Shown one piece after another: positions 33,201 through 39,473 of a stretch of DNA of 64,000 nt. Position numbers and translations under genes: made by a program. The notes beneath the pieces were generated by a model. The model worked only from the letters and a program-made list of their open reading frames with translations, did no database searches and was not told where the DNA came from. Position 1 is the stretch's first letter; every line of letters starts with the position of its first letter. Origin of the DNA: Saprospirales bacterium (lineage in GTDB: Bacteria > Bacteroidota > Bacteroidia > Chitinophagales > Saprospiraceae); assembly GCA_016719895.1 (NCBI GenBank), contig JADJYG010000031.1, positions 130,288-194,287 on the forward strand, in the 5' to 3' direction.

Positions 33201-36200
33201 ACGTGACCCACTGTGCGGAGGAATCCGGCTCGCTAAAGGTGCAACTCGGCGCAAATGACACCCGGGTACGCAGGCTATACCCTTCGTCGGGCGGACTGAG
33301 GTAGGCCGGGGAAAAATCGATGCGCAGCATCGAATCCGGAATGGTCTGAAACGGCAGCGGAATATTTTGAAGGACCGGCACGTTTTCCTGCAGGTTCAGA
33401 AATAACAATTCGGCGGACAGCGGTTCCAAGCCAGGCGGCATGATCAGGTCGTAACTGGAAATTTTCGACAAGGGCCGCACTTCGAAAGGGAAAAGGTTTT
33501 CCCGGGCGATCCGGATATTATAGGCAAACGGCGTGACTTGTACGGAGTGTTCACAGGGTTTTATACCGAAAGACGCTTTCGTGAGCGAGTCGGCAAAACC
33601 CGAATACTGAAACATCAGGGTGTCGTAACGGCGGTAATTGTGCCTTCGGTAAAGATCATTGAGGTTATAACCCACTTCGAAATTGATAAGGGGCGGGAAG
33701 TTCTGTTTGCAGTTGGGCGCGTAGTTTACCCCCAGTTTCAGGTCAATCTGCAATTGCACCGAGTCGCCGCTTTCCAGCAGAAAACCGGGAGGGACGTACC
33801 CGGAATCGCTCAACAGGTCCATGCGGGGGTTGAAGGGGTAATTCATAGAGGCCAACTCATCGATAACGGAAGCTGGTTTGGAGTTGACCACGGCCACCCG
33901 CCCGTACCGCTTATCCAACGGGAATATGCTGGCCAAAGGGCAGTAGTAAACCGCCTGGGCGCTGGAATCCCAAATGGTCATTGTAGCGGCAGCAATGCTG
34001 ATAAAGTCTTTATCGGTAAACCCGTTTCGGGCGGCATCCGTTTGGTTCGGCCCGATATTAAAGGTATCGAATACGCCGGCATACCCGAAATCGCTGCGGA
34101 TAATTTCGGCAAACAACTGGTAAAACAATCCCTTTATGCTATCGCCGCAGACGATTTTTGCAGCCAGGATATTGCGCAGTGTATCGCCAGGCAGAAACCG
34201 GTCGCGCCGCACCTTACCCATATCCAGCATACCGGCGGGGTCGGCTACGCGGTTGTTGTTGTTGTCCGGAAGGCCATAATTGAGGCGGTACGCCTCGTGG
34301 TGCTGCCGCATCTCAAAACACCCCTCGCCCGGGCCAACGACAACGGGTATGCTATCCTGTGGCCCGCCCGGGCCACCGGGGCATTGGCATGCGGTATGCA
34401 GTTCGAAAGCATCGCAGGCTGGTACGGCGCAATCCAGACCGGCATCGAGGCTGCGTGTGAGCAAGGCTGCTGTTTTCGGCTCATAGCCGCAGCCATAACA
34501 GGCTTCCGGCTCGTACACCACAAAATCGACGCCGGGTTCCGTACTTCCGCCGCCTGCATAGATGTACGAGGCATCGTCGCGACAGGTGTTTTTCAGGCAA
34601 AAATTGACAACAAAAAAGGTGTCAGACAAGGGCAATTCGAACGCTGCAAGCACCCGGTGTATGGGGTAGTCTGTGGTCATAGTATCATCGGAAAACAACA
34701 CCGGCATTTTACCATCCAGGAGCAGCGGACAATCAGGCGACCATTCCAGCCCGACGGGCAAGTCAAACTTCAGCCAAACATAGCCGCTGTCGGAAAGCAG
34801 GCGGTTGGAGTTCAGCCGGTATTGAAACGGGTAGGTTTGATTGTCCTCCAGGCATTCGCCGATGTTATAGGCCACGGCGGCATTCAGGTAATCCCCGGGT
34901 TTCGGTTCGAATACGACGGTGTCGGCTACTATAAATCCGCCGGGCGGGCAGGGTTTGTTGTAATAATAATTCAGGCGGATCTTTGGCAAAAACTGGGTGC
35001 AGGCAGGCAGGCAATAGTAGGTGTTGAAGGTGATCTCCAGGGTGTCGAATCCCTGCATTTCGGGGATATACAAGGTTATAAATGCCGAATTCGTATCGTT
35101 GCATACCGGCATGACAAAATCCTCGGCCAGGTTGGGTATCAGTGGGGAAGAAGCGCCATTTTGGTGGATTTGAAACGAATTTTTATCCATCCCGAGGGCA
35201 GTGGGCGCTTCGGAATTGATTTGCAGGATCAGGTTGGTAGCTGGGCCGGGGCCTTCGTTGATCATGCGCAGGCGCATTTTATGCGGTGTTTCCGCACAAA
35301 TTTCCCAAGGCAGGGCGTATTGTGTCAGGAAGCTCAGTTTAGGCTGGTAGCTGGAGGGCAGCACCACCACATCGGCATAGGTGCTGTCGGCCTGGCAGGG
35401 CGCTGCCGCCGCCGTGCAGCTCCAGGCGGCAGCGAGGTTCGAGCGGCAGGTAAAGCCCGGGAAACCGCAGTCGGTGACCGTGATTTGTTGTTTGATCAGG
35501 GCTGTTTCGCCAAACTCCAGCAGGTTGTCGCCATCGCCGAACGCGGTAAAAAAGGCGCCGTCGAAATAGGCGGAATAATGTGCAGGCAAATCTTGCTGCG
35601 CGGCGGCGCCCGCTACCTGAATACTGATGCCGGCGGGGTGTGAATCGGTCAGGAATAAATGCTGCACGGCGCCAAGCCGGGTATTCCGCACGTGCAGCGT
35701 GCGCATCAGCATCTGGCCTTTTTCACCGTAAATCGAGTCGTTGTCCACCTGTGTAATCACCAGCAAGCCGGTTTGAATCTGGAATTTGGTGGTGGCGACT
35801 TGCTCCGTCGCCGCCCCGGCGCGCACGCGCAATACCAGGTTAAATAGCTGGGCGGAGTTGATGGCCGCTACAAGGCCGCAGGTGGCAGCCAGCCGCAGCT
35901 GTACCGTAAGGGGCGTATTGGGGGGGAGCGCCGGCAGGGCCAGCACGGGTTTTTCCAGGTTGGCGATATCGAACTCGGACGCGCCGGCGACGCTTCCGGG
36001 CAGGTATTCCAGTCCCGGCGGCAGCTCCAGGTCGAGGAAGGCGTCGTTTACAGGGGCAGCGGTATTGTTCAGTATCGTCACGCTGAGCGTATCGGCAGCG
36101 CAAACCACCAGTTGGTCCGGATTTTTATAGGATATATTGAATGTTTGGGCGGAAAGCAGGGATGCAATAGCGCAGCAAAACGCCAGGAGGAGCGTAGATT

Positions 36201-36207
36201 TAAGCAT
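30244..36207 (-). CDS. giant cell-surface protein with gliding-motility-associated (T9SS type-B) C-terminal domain
   Basis: Start taken at the ATG at 36207 (MLKSTLLLAFCCAIASLLSAQ signal peptide). The track start at 36390 lies inside a palindrome. The C-terminus IPNVFTPDGDKVNDTF...IYNRWGQKVY...WDG is the CHU_C/type-B sorting domain. Confidence 0.85.
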   Translation of the reverse strand: MLKSTLLLAFCCAIASLLSAQTFNISYKNPDQLVVCAADTLSVTILNNTAAPVNDAFLDLELPPGLEYLPGSVAGASEFDIANLEKPVLALPALPPNTPLTVQLRLAATCGLVAAINSAQLFNLVLRVRAGAATEQVATTKFQIQTGLLVITQVDNDSIYGEKGQMLMRTLHVRNTRLGAVQHLFLTDSHPAGISIQVAGAAAQQDLPAHYSAYFDGAFFTAFGDGDNLLEFGETALIKQQITVTDCGFPGFTCRSNLAAAWSCTAAAAPCQADSTYADVVVLPSSYQPKLSFLTQYALPWEICAETPHKMRLRMINEGPGPATNLILQINSEAPTALGMDKNSFQIHQNGASSPLIPNLAEDFVMPVCNDTNSAFITLYIPEMQGFDTLEITFNTYYCLPACTQFLPKIRLNYYYNKPCPPGGFIVADTVVFEPKPGDYLNAAVAYNIGECLEDNQTYPFQYRLNSNRLLSDSGYVWLKFDLPVGLEWSPDCPLLLDGKMPVLFSDDTMTTDYPIHRVLAAFELPLSDTFFVVNFCLKNTCRDDASYIYAGGGSTEPGVDFVVYEPEACYGCGYEPKTAALLTRSLDAGLDCAVPACDAFELHTACQCPGGPGGPQDSIPVVVGPGEGCFEMRQHHEAYRLNYGLPDNNNNRVADPAGMLDMGKVRRDRFLPGDTLRNILAAKIVCGDSIKGLFYQLFAEIIRSDFGYAGVFDTFNIGPNQTDAARNGFTDKDFISIAAATMTIWDSSAQAVYYCPLASIFPLDKRYGRVAVVNSKPASVIDELASMNYPFNPRMDLLSDSGYVPPGFLLESGDSVQLQIDLKLGVNYAPNCKQNFPPLINFEVGYNLNDLYRRHNYRRYDTLMFQYSGFADSLTKASFGIKPCEHSVQVTPFAYNIRIARENLFPFEVRPLSKISSYDLIMPPGLEPLSAELLFLNLQENVPVLQNIPLPFQTIPDSMLRIDFSPAYLSPPDEGYSLRTRVSFAPSCTFSEPDSSAQWVTLDFPGCMIKSDSLVYVLESKIGFFSNHAKDTLTTDELTLNFPTDSVSVDILLQNLAPVTAPNYWIQLLNPEGGLSGLTITAGGSSTAIAAVDGIYQLGNLPILGTNSLQINGVNTTCDPQQLRIIYGWDCQPHLQSGPASCAQDTLVLLFQPLNPEIELELKDFPVNVPLCDTSDYFILELSNADFGHAYEPVVNIELPAGLQLLSGSCQMAYPVDSAFIDIPDPIPAGNNLLEWNLAGLLEANSLPGAFQLTKNALQIRFKVIAACGVVSYAQLIFGARAEWSCGRPTNTLRKASDPILVEGLAPTYTLQVIIAEQGTAGLSPCATERTIAVTLFTTGPALSGDSIYALLPPGFSYVSGSYQPGVHAPAGQPALSPAGLRWPMPAGLSAGSVITFTFAVTTPAAPACEAAVLRMQARQQTVAYCPAIQADCKVYVITGENSYQFPPPAAGVALTGATLSIQPDGKVNYTVTVANSNALAPFEIDILQFFYDVNLNGKHDAGDELLYTVGDLNAILEPGGMLSIPLNGLPAPDSLCHLLVVLPTKLNCVCPVSAIPVSVNTVLFALLERCLGEPVPLGLPTAAGHSYAWSGVPGLPCTGCSAFAFEPMAAGLYQLTLADQGPSCLVTYHYDVQINDAPVLQPVEPAICRNETITLQTTPALSWNWQGPGISNPNAPVQILQPAQGATYFVTATNAAGCTLTDSLTVAVLPADTLDLGVLRTCQGTPVDIFGALTETPGLYSDIRPAITTGCDTLVYLRLEVVPNTEEAISKCVADTLLIFGKPVTEAGVYCETFESSLGCDSTHCIVLSTFMVPELPDPDTFYFVLGGSVQLPGPDGYASYLWAPAEYLSCTTCQSPFASPPDTMEYTLALRTGDGCKDTLIYRVAPFPPCDPARIRIPNVFTPDGDKVNDTFTVVPYEGVEVIARLTIYNRWGQKVYDASGPNAAWDGTTFGEPAPSDVYLWLLEVLCNGDERKYRRGDVTVLR

Positions 36208-36308
36208 GGGATCACAAGTCGGGTTACCAATGAACGAATGTTCAAATATAAGGGATTGCCGGGTAGCCGTGCAATACCGGGTCAAATTCTTTGTTCGTCC
36301 CTCGTCCA

Positions 36309-36400
36309 AACCTGACAGGTGGTATTTAAAAAAACAGCCGGTTTTGCGTGCGCTTTGCGCCGCAAAACCGGCTGTTTTTTTAAATACCACCTGTCAGGTT
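36309..36400. repeat. perfect 40-bp-arm palindrome (12-nt spacer) with AACCTGACAGGT termini and a bidirectional-terminator core
   Basis: 36309-36348 is the exact reverse complement of 36361-36400. The inner part is A7-cagccggttttgcg / cgcaaaaccggctg-T7. A degenerate solo left arm lies at 36733-36775. Confidence 0.9.
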
Positions 36401-36678
36401 ACAAAAGCAGTCAGAATATTCTGAATGACCTGCTTAACTGCGTCAATATCATACCCCTCACCTCGCTGAAGCCCGGCCGCACTGTTTATCCGAATGAGGT
36501 ATTTCTACCCGCCAACAGTAGCGGTCTTCCCAACGACTCCATCGCCCTTTACCATCAAATTCGGACTATCGATAAAAAAAGACTTAGCCTGGAATACGGC
36601 GCTATTGCAGAGGAAGCGGTGAAAAACGATATTGTAGATGCCATTTGTTTTCAATTGGGCATTGTGAGATCGTTGTAG
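36401..36678 (+). pseudogene. mazF: 5'-truncated PemK/MazF-family toxin gene
   Basis: The translation NCVNIIPLTSLKPGR...PNDSIALYHQIRTIDKKRLSLEYGAI...IVDAICFQLGI matches the C-terminal roughly 80 aa of MazF/PemK (PlTs..., QIRTIDK-RL). The N-terminal roughly 25-30 aa, the start codon and a partner antitoxin are missing. The palindrome abuts the break. Confidence 0.6.
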
Positions 36679-36896
36679 CGGATCCTTTCCGCCGTTGCCA
36701 GCGGAGACCGCTCCGGTCGGGGCAGGGGTGTACTCCAAACCTGACAGATGGCAATAAAAAAGCGGCAGAACTTTCAGTCTGGGCCTACTCATACTGCCGC
36801 CCTATCCCCGGACAAGCTGGGTTTTTCGTCCCGACACGTTACCGCCGAGCCTCGGCTTCGCATAAGCAGCTCGCGAGTCAACCCCACCCCCACCCC

Positions 36897-36998
36897 TCCC
36901 CAACTGGGAGGGGAGCCGTAGATTACACCGCGACTTCCTCCGTAGAATGGGTCGTAGAGTACTCTACGACCACTCTACGGCTCCCCTCCCAGTTGGGG
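36897..36998. repeat. 25-bp perfect inverted repeat with a nested 20-nt palindrome
   Basis: ccccaactgggaggggagccgtaga (36897-36921) pairs with tctacggctcccctcccagttgggg (36974-36998). The inner palindrome gtcgtagagtactctacgac lies at 36951-36970. Confidence 0.85.
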
Positions 36999-37337
36999 CT
37001 GCCGATTACCCACATTTTGAAGAAATTTTTCTTGATAAGATGGTATGTGCCAGCCCCCGAAGGGGTCGAATTTGAATAGCCCCGCATGAAATGCGGGGGG
37101 GGGAATACGACGCGACACAACCGCGGTACTGCCGAGCGTGTGCTGTGCATAAATCCGATCTTCCTCCCTTTCTCCCGCGCTTGTCATAGACTGTCACTCT
37201 AGGAAAACACGAGAGCACGCAGGGCAGGATCCTGAATTCAAGCGCGGAGAATCCGCGGGTTGGTAGCCACCCAAAACGGTTGCCCTTGATCAACCGCTCC
37301 GCGGTTGTAAAACGGTTTGCCCTTTCAACCCCGCATT

Positions 37338-37411
37338 GTTGCCGTTGTTGGCGTCCCGCCAACAACTCACCGGAAGGAGAGGCGTTGTTGGCGCGATGCC
37401 AACAACGGCGG
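37338..37411. repeat. double-hairpin GCCGTTGTTGGCG / CGCCAACAACGGC element, long form, copy 1
   Basis: gttgccgttgttggcg-tcc-cgccaacaac ... gcgttgttggcg-cgat-gccaacaacggcgg. Near-identical to 38632-38705; a short form lies at 38142-38175. Confidence 0.85.
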
Positions 37412-37466
37412 AAAATTGGCTTAGCGCCAGATTCAGGCTATATTTGCTATCGAAATTCGAAATGAC

Positions 37467-37778
37467 ATGAAAAGCAATACGATTCACAATTTGGATAAAA
37501 AGCAAATCCTTGCCATATTGACACAACACCGTGAAGCGTTGAAAGATATGGGTGTAGAACGAATAGCTTTGTTCGGCTCTTATGCCCGTGGAACCGCCCG
37601 GCCCGACAGCGACGTGGATTTGCTTGTAGAACTTAAGGAACCCAAATACTTACTCCTCCTCCAACTGACGGACTATCTCAGCGAACTGCTCGGACATAAG
37701 GTTGACTTGATACGCCAGGGCCCGCACCTGAAACGACGCTTTATGGAAGCCGTAGAAAAAGACCTCGCTTATGTCTGA
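37467..37778 (+). CDS. mntA: MNT-type nucleotidyltransferase antitoxin
   Basis: 103 aa with the minimal nucleotidyltransferase motif LFGSYARGTARPDSDVDLLVE. Overlaps the downstream DUF86 gene by 8 nt. Confidence 0.85.
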   Translation: MKSNTIHNLDKKQILAILTQHREALKDMGVERIALFGSYARGTARPDSDVDLLVELKEPKYLLLLQLTDYLSELLGHKVDLIRQGPHLKRRFMEAVEKDLAYV

Positions 37779-38121
37779 TATCCTGCTCAACCGGCTTGCA
37801 ACCATCATTGAAGCACTTGAACTAATAGAGCGCCGTATGGTCAAAATAAAAAAAGCAGATGCCTTTGTGGACACCGAAGAAGGTCAGCTTATCATGGATG
37901 CGATTGCTATTCGGCTTCAGGTGATCGGAGAAACCACCAAAAAAATTGACCTGCAGCAACCGGACTTCTTGCCTTCTATCGGAATAGACCCTAAGCCTAT
38001 CATCCGCTTCAGGGATTTTATTTCACACCATTACGACGAAGCGGACTATGAAGTGCTCTTCGAAATCTGCACGAACCACTTGCCCTTGTTAAAGGCGAAA
38101 TTAGAGAAGCAAAAAAGATAG
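37771..38121 (+). CDS. hepT: HepT-like (DUF86) ribonuclease toxin
   Basis: 116 aa with an Rx4HxY motif (RFRDFISHHY) near the C-terminus. Paired with the MNT gene. Confidence 0.85.
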   Translation: MSDILLNRLATIIEALELIERRMVKIKKADAFVDTEEGQLIMDAIAIRLQVIGETTKKIDLQQPDFLPSIGIDPKPIIRFRDFISHHYDEADYEVLFEICTNHLPLLKAKLEKQKR

Positions 38122-38141
38122 ACGACCCTGTACCTTCATTG

Positions 38142-38175
38142 GTTGCCGTTGTTGGCGCGACGCCAACAACGGCGG
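38142..38175. repeat. GCCGTTGTTGGCG hairpin element, short form, copy 2
   Basis: Perfect 13-bp stem: 38145-38157 / 38161-38173 with loop cga. Carries the same flanks (gttgcc... ...ggcggaaaa) as copies 1 and 3. Confidence 0.85.
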
Positions 38176-38195
38176 AAAAATCTGGAAACACACGC

Positions 38196-38591
38196 ATGAA
38201 AAAGATCATACTCGAAACCCGCTACGTGCTGGCTGTGAAAGACCTGCAAGCCTCGGTTCATTTTTACGTCGAAAAATTAGGCTTCACTATCGATTGGGCG
38301 CAGGATGGCTGGCACCAACTGCGCCGGGAGGGTATCGTCGTCATGCTCGGCGAATGCGCCGACGACGTGGCGGCTTTTGAAACCCGCAACCATTCCTATT
38401 TCGCCTATATCCTGGTCGATGCGCCGGATGCCTTGTTCGGAGAGTTCCATGCCAAAGGCGTGGAGGTCTTGTCCTTCCCCACGGACAAACCCTGGGGCAT
38501 GCGTGAATTCGGAATTCGAACCATTGACGGGCACCGCATCACGTTCGGGCAGGAGCTGCTGAAATCCGATGTCGCGTCGGGCAACTTCTAA
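38196..38591 (+). CDS. VOC-family (glyoxalase/bleomycin-resistance) protein
   Basis: 131 aa from the ATG at 38196. Beta-alpha-beta-beta-beta module signatures (LAVKDLQASVHFYVEKLGF ... PWGMREFGIRTIDGHRITF). Confidence 0.8.
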   Translation: MKKIILETRYVLAVKDLQASVHFYVEKLGFTIDWAQDGWHQLRREGIVVMLGECADDVAAFETRNHSYFAYILVDAPDALFGEFHAKGVEVLSFPTDKPWGMREFGIRTIDGHRITFGQELLKSDVASGNF

Positions 38592-38631
38592 AATCTGCAA
38601 TCTTAAATCAAATATGGTTTGACGGGAAATG

Positions 38632-38705
38632 GTTGCCGTTGTTGGCGTCCCGCCAACAACTCCCCGGAGGGAGAGGCGTTGTTGGCGCAACGCCAACAAC
38701 GGCGG
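38632..38705. repeat. double-hairpin GCCGTTGTTGGCG element, long form, copy 3
   Basis: gttgccgttgttggcg-tcc-cgccaacaac-tccccggagggagag-gcgttgttggcg-caa-cgccaacaacggcgg. Confidence 0.85.
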
Positions 38706-38840
38706 AAAAGCGCGAATCGTACTGACCTCGTAGAGGTCAAATATTGGTAGTAGAATAAATGTCCCGACATCCTCGCACGACCTCGGTACTGCCGAGCGTG
38801 TGCTGTGCATAAATCCGGAATCTTCCCTACCCCCTTTTTT

Positions 38841-38952
38841 TCTCCCCCCGCGCTTGTCATTCTGAAAGAACCTGTCCACTCTACGAGGAATAAACACGAG
38901 ATGCACGCGTAGAGTGGACAGGTTCTTTCAGAATGACAAGCGCGGGGGGAGA
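38841..38952. repeat. 45-bp perfect inverted repeat (22-nt spacer)
   Basis: 38841-38885 (tctccccccgcgcttgtcattctgaaagaacctgtccactctacg) is the exact reverse complement of 38908-38952. A degenerate single-arm copy lies at about 37171-37220. Confidence 0.9.
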
Positions 38953-39381
38953 AAAGGGAGCACAGCTTGGGGTGGCGGGTTATGCGTAGCCGAGGCTCGG
39001 CGGTACCGAGGTCAGGTGATACTTTTTCATATCAAGATGTGGGTAATCGGGAGTCCCGAGGCCTCGGGAGAGGGGTGGGGTCGACTCGCAGCCGGCAATA
39101 TGCGCAGCACACGCTCGGCGGTATAGTGTCAGGAACGGGACAAACACCTGTTCAGTGGAGGCCATCCAGCCCTCCTGTGAGCTGCAAGGAAAAAGAACAG
39201 AGGCGGAAGCCAACAGAGGCGGAATGCCGAACGGGGTCCGGCGATACATATATACGAACCAAATTTCCCCATATATGCATTCAGCGGCGACACATAGACG
39301 CTTCGCGTGTATATATATGCCATATATGCTGCGCCTATATATGCGCTTTCGGATAAGCAATGCTTTTACGCGTAGGGGTGC

Positions 39382-39420
39382 GCAAGTATCGGCGTGACTT
39401 AGAGTCACGCCGATACTTGC
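39382..39420 (-). terminator. strong hairpin downstream of the nSTAND gene (terminator-like)
   Basis: Perfect 18-bp stem gcaagtatcggcgtgact (39382-39399) / agtcacgccgatacttgc (39403-39420), 54 nt past the stop at 39474. No clear U-tract, so terminator function is tentative. Confidence 0.45.
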
Positions 39421-39473
39421 ACAAAGAGCCTGCCCCGAGTCCTCGGGGGTAAAAGGGTAAAAGAGCCAAAGGG

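Noticed and set aside
36319-36390. Two ORFs on opposite strands both begin MVFKKTAGFA...KTGCFFKYHLSG (36319..36678 + and 30244..36390 -).
   Set aside because: This is an artefact of translating the two arms of the perfect 40-bp palindrome at 36309-36400. It is not a duplicated peptide.
36700-39470. Possible CRISPR array or small-protein genes in the repeat zone. Candidate ORFs: 36923..37150, 37006..37365, 38277..38906, 38914..39126 and 38980..39576.
   Set aside because: The repeats belong to several different families, occur in both orientations and are irregularly spaced without unique equal-length spacers. The ORFs are repeat translations (recurring MHSTRSAVPR-type peptides) or lie antisense to the VOC gene.
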